The notes under the pieces are model-generated. The model ran no database searches. It had not been told where the DNA came from and saw only the letters and a program-made list of their open reading frames with translations. Position numbers and translations under genes: made by a program. From positions 124,001 through 188,000 of the IMG/VR virus record IMGVR_UViG_3300034117_002447: DNA of 64,000 nt; one strand, given 5' to 3'. Position 1 is the stretch's first letter, and each line of letters starts with the position of its first letter. Of this stretch, positions 36,108 through 45,693 are shown in pieces.

Positions 36108-36587
36108 TTAGAAATCGTGGTTAGTTATTTTTATATCATAATTTGTGAAGCCTTCAAAATCTTTACGATCGGCCTCTAATCGTCTGTCTACTGAATCACC
36201 GGGCATGTCTCGGTCCATCATACGTTGACGCCTAACATCCTCAGCAATATCAAAGAATATTACCAATGACTCTTTACGCGCATCATCAGACAGGTGAGCT
36301 AAGCCACTAGGTGTCATGATGAATACGTCATCCTCATCGAATTGGTCACGAGTAGTTCCGTAAATCCAGCCATTAAACTCAACGTATTCATAGAACTCGT
36401 CATTTTTAATTAGATCAGCTGCCTGTTCTGGACTTAAGAAGAAGTAATCTCTTCCTTCAACTTCCCCTTCGCGTGGAGGGCGTGTTGTGTAACTTACTGC
36501 GTACCTAAAACCTCTATCTTCGAATTTTTTACGAAGAAAATCTTTTCCGCTTGCGGCTCTGCCGACTACAATTATTCGTTTGCTCAT
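36108..36587 (-). CDS. gmk: Guanylate kinase-like protein
   Basis: GRAASGKD, SYTTRPPREGEVEGRDYFF, YGT. Confidence 0.9.
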   Translation of the reverse strand: MSKRIIVVGRAASGKDFLRKKFEDRGFRYAVSYTTRPPREGEVEGRDYFFLSPEQAADLIKNDEFYEYVEFNGWIYGTTRDQFDEDDVFIMTPSGLAHLSDDARKESLVIFFDIAEDVRRQRMMDRDMPGDSVDRRLEADRKDFEGFTNYDIKITNHDF

Positions 36588-36594
36588 ATATAAA

Positions 36595-37884
36595 TTAAAA
36601 TTCTCTCTTTTGACCGTGGATTGCTTTGAATACTGGAAATCTTAGGGAATGAGCTCCGTGTTGATCAGTAGTTTCTTCAAAGAATTGAACGGTAATTGTT
36701 TTACCTAAAATTTCATTTGGGTTTTTGTGATAGTATCTTCGCTGTTCAATATTAAAACCTGAACCCACTCTAACTGTATTGCCTTTATGCTCTACGATTA
36801 CTGCTTTCAACATGACCTCCTCAACCTCTTTTCCCATGTCAATGATACGATTTACGTCAGATTCAAGATCAATTACGACGTATTCTGCATCGTGCATCTT
36901 TTTAACTTTAAGCAGATTCTTTGAGCGTTTGCCTTCGTAACCAATATCCTTACGCATCATTACTCCTTCGTAACCCATTTCAGTTGCATCAGCTACAATC
37001 TTTTCAAATTCGTCAACCGATTTTATTTGAAATTGTGGAAGTGGTTCTGCATAGGTTAAGTCAGTTACGATTGCATTTAAGATAATTAATCGAGCTGAAA
37101 GAGAAACTTCCCCTGCTTGATTATTAAATTCAGCCATTTCTAAGAAGTCAAATACGTAATACTTTGGAGTCTGAATCGTATGGTTCTTTCTGCCGATCTC
37201 CTTGATAATTCCTTGGAAATCTTCAAGTCCACCTTCTTTCATAACGCAAACTTCTCCGTCCAATACTTTGTTTCTGAGACCAAGTTTCTTAATGTCCTCT
37301 GCTAAAACTGAAAGAGTTAAGAATTCATTGCCCGCTCGTGAATAAAATTTAGGTTCTCCGTGTTCGTCAATTATTGTAATACACCGAACTCCATCAAGCT
37401 TACGACTTGCCCACCATTCTCCAGATTCGAAATTTACCTTCTTTTCATTTCCGTCAAACTTCTCAGCGAGAGCGACATCAAAAGTAGGAACCGTTCCGGG
37501 CATTACTGAGTTAATTAAAGTAGCCGTAGCTCTAGTCTTTAAGTTACGATCTATCACATCATAGATCACATCTGCGAACTCCTGATTCTTGGCAATAAAA
37601 CCATTAACTACCTGTATAGCATTATGGCCAGTGACACGACGTTCATTCAGATCGTCAAGTAATTGAAACAAGTTATCGTAACTATCGACAGTAAGATCTT
37701 GACGCTTTTTCAAGTTATCTGAGGTAACGTAGTACTGCTTAAACGGAGAGTATACGTATTCAAATAACTTACGCAAGGTCGAGGTATCATACTTTTTAAG
37801 TATCTCCTTTTTATCGTTGGTTGAAGAAGTAGCCTTCATTTCTTCAATGAACTCGGCAACCTGTTTAAAATCTGATGTTTTCAT
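36595..37884 (-). CDS. ATP-dependent DNA ligase
   Basis: KLDGVR, LDGE, YEGVM, KRS.NLLKVK, VGSGF; start moved to ATG 37884. Confidence 0.95.
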   Translation of the reverse strand: MKTSDFKQVAEFIEEMKATSSTNDKKEILKKYDTSTLRKLFEYVYSPFKQYYVTSDNLKKRQDLTVDSYDNLFQLLDDLNERRVTGHNAIQVVNGFIAKNQEFADVIYDVIDRNLKTRATATLINSVMPGTVPTFDVALAEKFDGNEKKVNFESGEWWASRKLDGVRCITIIDEHGEPKFYSRAGNEFLTLSVLAEDIKKLGLRNKVLDGEVCVMKEGGLEDFQGIIKEIGRKNHTIQTPKYYVFDFLEMAEFNNQAGEVSLSARLIILNAIVTDLTYAEPLPQFQIKSVDEFEKIVADATEMGYEGVMMRKDIGYEGKRSKNLLKVKKMHDAEYVVIDLESDVNRIIDMGKEVEEVMLKAVIVEHKGNTVRVGSGFNIEQRRYYHKNPNEILGKTITVQFFEETTDQHGAHSLRFPVFKAIHGQKREF

Positions 37885-37947
37885 ATTGATTATTATACTA
37901 AACAAAAAAAGCCGCTGTCGCGGCTTTTTCATAAAATTTATAAATTA

Positions 37948-38514
37948 TTAGCTAGGGTTTACAACCTCTTCGTTAGCCAAGTTATCAAGTTCGTCTTGTT
38001 TCGCCATTCCAACTTTGATAGTTTGGATAATACGATCAAGCTCTTTCATTTCCATTACTGAAGTGTTAAGAGCTACTGCGATACGAAATACACGTTGTGC
38101 TGATTCAAGGCTAGATCCTTCGAACTTGTTAAGTAGAATTGCTGCAGCTTCTAGGGCAGATGCCTGAATTTGAACTGCTCCACTCGATTCAGTGTTTTCG
38201 TCCTGTTCCTGCTCCAATCGCGCAATTGCAGAAGAGAATCCCAAGAAACAATTCATTACCATGAATGCTTCATTAGGGCCAGTGAAAGTAAATTTACCTC
38301 CATTGCATGCATTTTTGATCCATTTAAGATCAGCTAATTCTAATTTAACTGGGAAGTATCCAGTACGACGATTGATAAGCATGTCAAGTTCTGACATTTC
38401 TTGTACAGGCTCTTCGCCGCCTTCTTGTGTTGGTTCCATTTCTGGAGAAGTTTCTTCGACCATTACAGTTTCTTCAACTAATAAGTCGGTTGCTAGTTCT
38501 TGTGAGTTTTCCAT
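37948..38514 (-). CDS. Acidic hypothetical protein
   Basis: 188-aa ORF. Confidence 0.8.
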   Translation of the reverse strand: MENSQELATDLLVEETVMVEETSPEMEPTQEGGEEPVQEMSELDMLINRRTGYFPVKLELADLKWIKNACNGGKFTFTGPNEAFMVMNCFLGFSSAIARLEQEQDENTESSGAVQIQASALEAAAILLNKFEGSSLESAQRVFRIAVALNTSVMEMKELDRIIQTIKVGMAKQDELDNLANEEVVNPS

Positions 38515-38567
38515 TTGAATAAAGATATTGTTTAGATTATTATTCTACTAGGAAACTTGAACTAGTT

Positions 38568-39038
38568 TTAGGAAAGTCTGTCTAAAATTATAAGTTGGGC
38601 TCGCGAAACTTTTGAGTAAGCCTCTTTGATATCGATGAATCCGGCCCAGTCAATCTCTTCTGCCTGAAGTTGGCTCTTTGGAATAGTTAATGACTCCAGC
38701 TCAATCTCAGATAGATCCTCAATTCGGAAAACGAAATAGTGTAGTGCATTCTTGTACTTGCCGTCTTTATCGTAAACTTCAACTGTCTGCACGGGCAATT
38801 CTAATTTATCTGGAGAAAGATAGATTCCTGTCTCTTCGCTAAGTTCTCGTAGAGCAGCATTCATTAGGTCTTCGCCAGCTTCGACCTTGCCCTTTGGAAT
38901 TCCCATGATTGGTCTAACCCAACTTCCATTAGTTGGATGAACTAGTAAAATTTTTTGATTGTATAATATTGCTACACCGGCCGTATCGTGGCCAGCTGAT
39001 GACTCAGCTAAGAATTCAGAGAATGCTTTAATCTTCAT
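38568..39038 (-). CDS. NUDIX hydrolase with capsid-targeting-like N-terminus
   Basis: MKIKAFSEFLAES; Nudix box GKVEAGEDLMNAALRELSEETGI. Confidence 0.92.
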   Translation of the reverse strand: MKIKAFSEFLAESSAGHDTAGVAILYNQKILLVHPTNGSWVRPIMGIPKGKVEAGEDLMNAALRELSEETGIYLSPDKLELPVQTVEVYDKDGKYKNALHYFVFRIEDLSEIELESLTIPKSQLQAEEIDWAGFIDIKEAYSKVSRAQLIILDRLS

Positions 39039-39045
39039 TTAGTTA

Positions 39046-40044
39046 TTATACTAAAGCTGCCTTTATTGCTGCGATACTCTCAGTATACGTGACCGTATCG
39101 AATCTGTATGCTGTGTAAAAACCGGACCAAAGCGTGAGACCTCTTATTCCAACTGTCCAGGCCGCAAATTTTTCAGGCCATTTTTGGGTAGTACCCATAA
39201 TCTCGTCGATTTCCCCAGCAATACCTGTTAAAAAACCGCCAGATTTACCGGACGCTGTCCACATCTTGGCAAGTTGATCAGCGGAGAATTTTGGTGAAAT
39301 TAGCATGTACAAACCGTGCATAGCTGCACTATCAGCAAATGATGTAACTGTCTCATTTAGCTTAAGATCAACTGCGTCCATGATCATCTTAATATCAGCA
39401 TCTGACTCAACTGAGCCGGCTTTCTTGTATTTTGAGGTAATTGTGGTTACTTGTGTAGGTAAATCTCCACCGGTCAGCTTAATCCAATTGTCTGCGATAT
39501 TACCGTCACCTAGTAAAAAGCTGGCATTTGCTGCTTTTTCGATTCCTGCGAAGGAGCCGCCTAATGCTTTAACCTTATTGGTTTGAGCAGTAACCCATTT
39601 AATATGATCAGGAGTCCATGCCTTTCCGAATTTTTGAATCGATATTGTGATTAATGCAGCAATAAATTCATACATTTTACCCTTTGGGTCATATTCGGCA
39701 ATCTTATTAATGTCAATAGATGAGCCGGAAACTGGAGACGACGAGGTTGCCGCTGCTAGCTTAAGACTTCCTTTTACTGGCTTTAAGTCTGTTCCGATTT
39801 GATAAGCGACGTTAATCATGTCTTTTCCGTTATCGTGTTTAACCATGAACGTATAGTTACCAGCTGCCTTCTTTGATTCAACTTCATCCATGAATTGGTT
39901 CCATTGGTTTGCATAAGGTCCTCCATTTTGACCAGATAATAGTTTAGTTAAACCGTCAGCTGTTTGCATATCAGCGGCCTCATTGACCAGTAAGTAGCCA
40001 TGAGACTTTTTCTCTAAAATAAGCGCGTAATTTGAAATATTCAT
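39046..40044 (-). CDS. Hypothetical late protein
   Basis: 332 aa; N-terminus ...YLLVNEAAD. Confidence 0.8.
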   Translation of the reverse strand: MNISNYALILEKKSHGYLLVNEAADMQTADGLTKLLSGQNGGPYANQWNQFMDEVESKKAAGNYTFMVKHDNGKDMINVAYQIGTDLKPVKGSLKLAAATSSSPVSGSSIDINKIAEYDPKGKMYEFIAALITISIQKFGKAWTPDHIKWVTAQTNKVKALGGSFAGIEKAANASFLLGDGNIADNWIKLTGGDLPTQVTTITSKYKKAGSVESDADIKMIMDAVDLKLNETVTSFADSAAMHGLYMLISPKFSADQLAKMWTASGKSGGFLTGIAGEIDEIMGTTQKWPEKFAAWTVGIRGLTLWSGFYTAYRFDTVTYTESIAAIKAALV

Positions 40045-40068
40045 TTGTTGTAGTATATTTATTTTTTA

Positions 40069-41073
40069 TTAAAATGGACTAGGCCTTTGAACTTTACGGT
40101 CGACTGGCTTTTCTACTTTCTTATTAGCTGCATCGATTTGAGCTTGAGTTAAGTTCACAAAGGCTGCATCTAATTTAGCAGAAATCTCTGCATTAATTGA
40201 GTCAACTGGAGTACCGTTATTTACAAGTTTTCCAATTGCATTAGCTGTACCGCTTCCATATTTACCGTCTGCTCCGAATTTACCAAGAGCCGTTGCTGCG
40301 TCTCCGCCTAGTGTCTTGATCTTCTTCTGTAGATCTTGAACCTTTTGATTAAATCCTGGGGCTTTCTTAAGATCAACGAAGGTAGTTGAGTTCGATTGAG
40401 AGCCTTGTGGCGAGTCGACCGTTTGTGTAGAAGTAGTAGGTGAAACTGTCGTTGTATCAGTAGTCGTAGGTTTATCAGTAGCTGATTGGCCTTCGCTTTT
40501 CATGTAAGACGGATAAACTTTATCGATTTCAATAAGCTTGCCCGATTTATCCCTTGCTGGTACTGGCTGCGCCAACTTAATATCAATTAATTTTTCTTGA
40601 TGCCATACAGCTAACGGAATCTTTGAACCTGAAACGGTCGCGGTTGCGATTGGTTCAGCTTTAGTTACATCATAGAATACGTCGGCTGCAGGTTTGTCAA
40701 CTCCAGCAGATTCGCCTGTGTGTTGTCTTCTATACGTAACAAAGGCAATTTCAGCTTTAGCTACCTCTTTTCCAACTAAATTCGTCTTGTTCATAACTCC
40801 ACTGTACACAATACCAAGGGTCATGCTCGCAGGAGTTCCTTCAAATTTAGTAGTAGTCCACCAATTTTTAAAATCGCCGTTCATTACTAAACTGTCGATA
40901 ATCGACTGAATTGGTGTTGCATTGCTGATTGAATCAGCAGATCCACTCTTTAGTACAACTTTCCATCTAGCAAGTTCGCCGGCTTCTGGTGAAATCTTAG
41001 TTATGTTTGCTTTATCGACTGCTTCAGTTAACGAAGTTGCTCTAAAGCTTTCAAATGTTTTAACAAAGGTCAT
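40069..41073 (-). CDS. Late protein with C-terminal peptidoglycan-binding-like domain
   Basis: MTFVKTFESF...LTEA; VQDLQKKI...GADGKYGSGTANAI. Confidence 0.75.
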   Translation of the reverse strand: MTFVKTFESFRATSLTEAVDKANITKISPEAGELARWKVVLKSGSADSISNATPIQSIIDSLVMNGDFKNWWTTTKFEGTPASMTLGIVYSGVMNKTNLVGKEVAKAEIAFVTYRRQHTGESAGVDKPAADVFYDVTKAEPIATATVSGSKIPLAVWHQEKLIDIKLAQPVPARDKSGKLIEIDKVYPSYMKSEGQSATDKPTTTDTTTVSPTTSTQTVDSPQGSQSNSTTFVDLKKAPGFNQKVQDLQKKIKTLGGDAATALGKFGADGKYGSGTANAIGKLVNNGTPVDSINAEISAKLDAAFVNLTQAQIDAANKKVEKPVDRKVQRPSPF

Positions 41074-41094
41074 TTGTTTCTGTTATTATTTTAA

Positions 41095-43365
41095 TTATTT
41101 ATTTCCGAATGAAAGGCCTTTAACTGAGAAGAGCCCTTCGTTTACTGGAGGTAACTTAATTTCAGGTTCTTCGCCCGATTGAATAAGTTTCAAGGCTTCT
41201 GCTTTTATACCAGCAGCCTCTTCCGGTCGGATTTTTCCCATACGAACCATCTCTTGAATGGTGCTGTCTAACCGAGACTTATCGACTAGATTTACATTAA
41301 TTACTCCAGATTCAGGATCGTAAACATCTGCGAAATAGGCTTGGACGACAGGCTCATTATAGTCAAGAGCATGTTGAACATCAATTGATGTATCTAATCC
41401 TAGTGAAGCTAGTACCTGTTTTGAGTAGTCTGTGCTCTTCTTTTGGAATTCAGCTGCTTGTGCAGGATCTTCTCCCATGTTAGCAGTTCCTCCTAAATTT
41501 GCAGTACTTCCTGGAAAATCTGCAACGAATGAGCCGGTTGTTGCTTGAACAGCCGCCGCCTGTAATCCGCAATCTACCTTTGCGACAGTCCTTTGTGGGT
41601 TTGAACTTTCTTCTGCTTCTTCCAATGCAGATATTCCTGTTCTAACTAACGATGAAGTTGCGCCAAGAGCTACATCTCCTGCTTTATTTGCGCCGGCTTG
41701 GATAATACATTCAAGTGATCCGTATTTTTGCCAAACTAATCTAGCTACCAGGTTAAGAACTCGCTTGAAAGGTACGGCTCTCATTCCAATAGCGCCGCCT
41801 TTCTTTGTGAGAATTTCAAGAGTCTTAACGCTACCATTAAATTTAGCAACTCCCTCGATGAATGCTTCCGGCTTAGCAACAAACGGTGCAAATGCTCTAA
41901 TTTCAGATTTAGATAAGTTCTTAGCTATTGCTGGATTAGTTAAGAACACTTCAAAGAATTTCTTAACTTCTTGAGGGTTTCCTCCTCTAGCTAATCTAAT
42001 TAAGTGATCTCCACCTGGTCTCCAGCCGGCTGCACCTAACAGTTTAACTGCCTCAGGATCTTTCATTATCCTATCAACTGACAGTTTAGCTTGTCCAATT
42101 AATTCATTTTCCATTTTTGCAGCGATCGCAATGTCTTTCTGCTTGGAAGATAATTGGCTAATTGAATCCATGAATTTCGTATTTGAAGTAACTGTCTGCT
42201 TTAGATCACTTAAGTAACCTCCTCTAGCTCTAATGTACTTATCTGCTTGAGTTGCATCAAAGTCTTTAAGTGCTGCACTGATATCTGCTCCGACTTCAGA
42301 TGAAGTTTTTCCAGCTTTAAGAGCTTGATCTTGAGCACCTAGGGCAACTTCTTTACGAGCAGCTTTAGCCAAGTCATCCGCACTTTGAGCAATTTCTTTT
42401 CCTACTCCAGGCTTTGTAAGAATTTGAGTAGCTGTATCGAAATTTCTACCAATCATCGAGACGTTCACTACAATAGAGTCTACTAATTTTGAAATTTTAA
42501 ATCCAAATTTTCCAGCCATACCAAAGGTTGCAAGATTAATCGCAGTATCCATAAACCCGGCGATCATTCTAACTACTGAGACTGCGGTGTTTAGGAAAAA
42601 CTTAGCAAGTCCTTTAAATAAGCTAATCACATTGTCTAATAAACTCTTTCCGCCGATTCGGATAATTCCATCTTTTAGTGCAATTACTCCTTTTTCTAGA
42701 GCAACAACGTCCTTCCCAGATCTAAATATGAGAGGTAGAATTTTTTCCAATAACGGCATTGCTGGTTTTAGTACTATCTTCAATACATCAGAGGCTTGAG
42801 TAATATCAATTGCTGAAAGAAGGCTTAATACCATTGAGACGTACTCCCCTTTATACAATGAAATTAGAGCAGATAGAACGTTTGCAACAATATCAATAGG
42901 AAAACCTACCCATGTGAATGGCACAAGTCCAATAATATCCAGCACAAGACGTAAGATATTAAGACCCATTTCTACTGGATCCGGATCACTTACTAGGCTA
43001 GCTAAGAAGTCTCCAATAGACCCTAATAGACCCTCGTTAAGAGTTTCAATTGTTTCTAAATAAGATTCATTGATTCTTAATTCAATCGTATCATATCCAG
43101 CTCGAGCTAAAAAATCTTCCTTTCGAATAATATCTTGAATATCTTCAAAATTCTCAAATAAGTATACTTGGTGAGCAAAAACTTCTGATTCAGAATGTTT
43201 TCTTTTGATTGTAACTGGCGTTGCCAAAATACTAAAATCAACTTTATCTAGAGCCTCAAAAAAGGCAGCAGGTATTTGATTAAAGTATTGGGTCAGCTTA
43301 TCAGTAGAGTTTCCTGAAGTCGATAACGATTCAAAAAACTGTTGGGACGAAACTACGTATGACAT
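41095..43365 (-). CDS. Large late protein with pre-toxin-TG-like hydrophobic segment
   Basis: LDIIGLVP...DIVANVLSALISLYKGEYVSMVLSL; several LNE/FE motifs near the N-terminus; late box at 43388. Confidence 0.7.
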   Translation of the reverse strand: MSYVVSSQQFFESLSTSGNSTDKLTQYFNQIPAAFFEALDKVDFSILATPVTIKRKHSESEVFAHQVYLFENFEDIQDIIRKEDFLARAGYDTIELRINESYLETIETLNEGLLGSIGDFLASLVSDPDPVEMGLNILRLVLDIIGLVPFTWVGFPIDIVANVLSALISLYKGEYVSMVLSLLSAIDITQASDVLKIVLKPAMPLLEKILPLIFRSGKDVVALEKGVIALKDGIIRIGGKSLLDNVISLFKGLAKFFLNTAVSVVRMIAGFMDTAINLATFGMAGKFGFKISKLVDSIVVNVSMIGRNFDTATQILTKPGVGKEIAQSADDLAKAARKEVALGAQDQALKAGKTSSEVGADISAALKDFDATQADKYIRARGGYLSDLKQTVTSNTKFMDSISQLSSKQKDIAIAAKMENELIGQAKLSVDRIMKDPEAVKLLGAAGWRPGGDHLIRLARGGNPQEVKKFFEVFLTNPAIAKNLSKSEIRAFAPFVAKPEAFIEGVAKFNGSVKTLEILTKKGGAIGMRAVPFKRVLNLVARLVWQKYGSLECIIQAGANKAGDVALGATSSLVRTGISALEEAEESSNPQRTVAKVDCGLQAAAVQATTGSFVADFPGSTANLGGTANMGEDPAQAAEFQKKSTDYSKQVLASLGLDTSIDVQHALDYNEPVVQAYFADVYDPESGVINVNLVDKSRLDSTIQEMVRMGKIRPEEAAGIKAEALKLIQSGEEPEIKLPPVNEGLFSVKGLSFGNK

Positions 43366-43410
43366 TTATAAAAATAGTAATTTCTTATTATTTATTCGTG
43401 GGCCCTGATG

Positions 43411-44469
43411 CTAAAGCGCCTTTGCGATTTCTCGAAGTATTTTAAAATAGTCACCCGATGAGCACTCGGAAAGGAACTTGCAAATCTCAAAGAAGTCATC
43501 TACTGTTTCAAATGTCATTGCTGAATGGTGGCCTTTCATATATGAAACTGGAATTACTCCAAAAATAATGGATTCGTACACTCTAGCTGGAGTAAAACCT
43601 GCCTGTAAATAAAGATCTTTACTTACATTAATTGATACGAGCGAGTTAGTGAATGAATTCCAAATCGCTTCACGATTCTGTCTAGGAATCAAGTACGCTC
43701 GATCTAATGAATTGATCCAATTAGTTAAGTCCTCAGTTTCTTTAGCCGATACAGTTAATTGAAAAGTATCACCGTTGAACATTTTCACATTTTCCACCTG
43801 AGTAATAATATCATTTATTATTGGGTTTTTTGTGTGACCTTCTTTATAATTATCAAATGACAGATTTCCGTAATATAGTAAGCTGTTAACAGTCGGCTTT
43901 ATTGAGTTCTCATGCACAGACAAACACGAATCTAAGAATTTTGATCCTATTCCTGGAATAGTTACTGAGACAATTTCTCTAGTTATCCCAAGATTCTCAA
44001 TCGTTTCTAAGAATTCCGGACTTAGAGATAAGTCAGTATCTAAAATAACGATGTCAGATGGAGCGTATCCGCAAGCCAATGCATGTTTTATAAATGTCTC
44101 AAATCTCTGAGCATCCTTTAACTTCTTTTGGAGAGTTGAAAGATTTCTGAATCTAGCCTTTAAGAAAATTTTATCGTATTCTTTATTTGACATATTCAGA
44201 AGAACATCCTCATAGCCAATTCGATACTCCTTGATTAAGTGTTGAGTAAAACCCTCAAACACCTGTCCAAGTATTCCGTCTGGATATATCGGCCTAACGG
44301 CAAATGCACGTTCTGTGTCCATGTAATTATAGAAATCGAAATTCTCGTTTCCGTATTTTTCAGAGATTGCATCAAGTAATCCAATTTGATAAAAAGTATG
44401 GCCTGGGATATTTTCTTCAAAAATTCCTAGTTCGCCAAAGTAGCAGTATAATGATTTTGTCTTTTCCAT
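43411..44469 (-). CDS. GT-B fold glycosyltransferase-like protein (T4 beta-glucosyltransferase-like)
   Basis: LLYYGN..., NSLVSINVSKDLY...FTPARVYESIIFGVIPV resembles the GT-B C-terminal R(V/I)(Y/W)E motif. Confidence 0.6.
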   Translation of the reverse strand: MEKTKSLYCYFGELGIFEENIPGHTFYQIGLLDAISEKYGNENFDFYNYMDTERAFAVRPIYPDGILGQVFEGFTQHLIKEYRIGYEDVLLNMSNKEYDKIFLKARFRNLSTLQKKLKDAQRFETFIKHALACGYAPSDIVILDTDLSLSPEFLETIENLGITREIVSVTIPGIGSKFLDSCLSVHENSIKPTVNSLLYYGNLSFDNYKEGHTKNPIINDIITQVENVKMFNGDTFQLTVSAKETEDLTNWINSLDRAYLIPRQNREAIWNSFTNSLVSINVSKDLYLQAGFTPARVYESIIFGVIPVSYMKGHHSAMTFETVDDFFEICKFLSECSSGDYFKILREIAKAL

Positions 44470-44846
44470 TCTAAGTATTTTACTAGAACTCCATCATTGG
44501 GTTCTATGTCAAGTCTATTATTGTAAAAAATATCCCATGAGTCTGCTGCATACTGCCCAATTCCATGAAGTTCTCGAGGATGATCCCACTCTTTTGTAAT
44601 CCACTCAGTACTAAACTTAATTAATGATCGTGACCTGCGATTATAAAAACCAAGAGGCCGAATTACTTCGGCCAATTGAATAGGATCAGCGTTTGATAAC
44701 TCAGCCGCGTCTCGATATGTGTTAAATAGTTCTTCTCTTATTCGGTCTACCTGTTTTCTACGAGTACAATTCAATAGAATACAGCAGACTTGCGACTTCC
44801 ACGGGTCATCATGATAAATTTCCTGTAAAAGTTCGTATGGGCTCAT
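44427..44846 (-). CDS. MBD4-like HhH-GPD DNA glycosylase
   Basis: DPWK..VCCILLN.T, IRPLGFYNRR, LHGIGQYAADSW.IF. Confidence 0.88.
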   Translation of the reverse strand: MSPYELLQEIYHDDPWKSQVCCILLNCTRRKQVDRIREELFNTYRDAAELSNADPIQLAEVIRPLGFYNRRSRSLIKFSTEWITKEWDHPRELHGIGQYAADSWDIFYNNRLDIEPNDGVLVKYLEWKRQNHYTATLAN

Positions 44847-45658
44847 TAACGTCCTTTAAATCCTGCGAAGTGAGTAATAAAGTGTTTGCCGTTTATTGTT
44901 TTAGGGTTAACGAAGAGTTCTCCAAAGTTAGCTCTAAAAATATCTAGGATCTCTGTAAATTTCGCTGAGCGATTTTCCAATAACCAGCTGTAGTGAAAAT
45001 GGTATTCAACTATGAATAACCTGATTTGATCTAAACTTTCTTGATTTAAAGCTTTAATCATATCGTATTCAAGACCTTCAATATCCATCTTGATCGCAGT
45101 GATACCCTTTTCTTTGATTATAGTGTTAATATTCTCAGCAGGTACGGTGGTGACCTGACGACCTCTAATGTGATGGACGCTATGCTTACCTGAATCTTGT
45201 GATAAGTAGAATTCAACTTCAGTTGAATCGTCCGCGACAATTGCTTTTTCGATAATTTCACAACGATCTTCAACACTATTCATTTGAAGGTTTTGTTCTA
45301 GGAACTCCACGTTATTATGGAAAGGTTCGTATGAGTATACTTTCTTTACTTTTGGAAATTGCGTTAGTAAACGAGTTGCAAATATGCCAATGTGGCCGCC
45401 TGCATCCAACCAAACGTCTTCGTGGTCCAAGTCTTCTAAGAGCATAGGGCCGCCGTTTTGTGCATAATGCGGTATGAACAGAGGTTTGAAGTATTCTCCA
45501 CCAGTAGGTTTAGTAGAGATATTCTGAGACACGTTAAATTTAATCTCTTCAGAAGATCTAACTAAGAATTGATAATCGTGATATTTGGTCTTCTTTTCGA
45601 AAACCTGAAGGGTGCCATTTTCGCGAGCCTCTTCAATTGAGCATAATACGTCAGCCAT
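44846..45658 (-). CDS. FkbM-family SAM-dependent methyltransferase
   Basis: LDAGGHIGIF, SYEPFHNN, IKMDIEGLE, IVEYH. Confidence 0.9.
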   Translation of the reverse strand: MADVLCSIEEARENGTLQVFEKKTKYHDYQFLVRSSEEIKFNVSQNISTKPTGGEYFKPLFIPHYAQNGGPMLLEDLDHEDVWLDAGGHIGIFATRLLTQFPKVKKVYSYEPFHNNVEFLEQNLQMNSVEDRCEIIEKAIVADDSTEVEFYLSQDSGKHSVHHIRGRQVTTVPAENINTIIKEKGITAIKMDIEGLEYDMIKALNQESLDQIRLFIVEYHFHYSWLLENRSAKFTEILDIFRANFGELFVNPKTINGKHFITHFAGFKGR

Positions 45659-45693
45659 TTGTAAGTTTCTTTTAGTAATTATACTACAGATAC

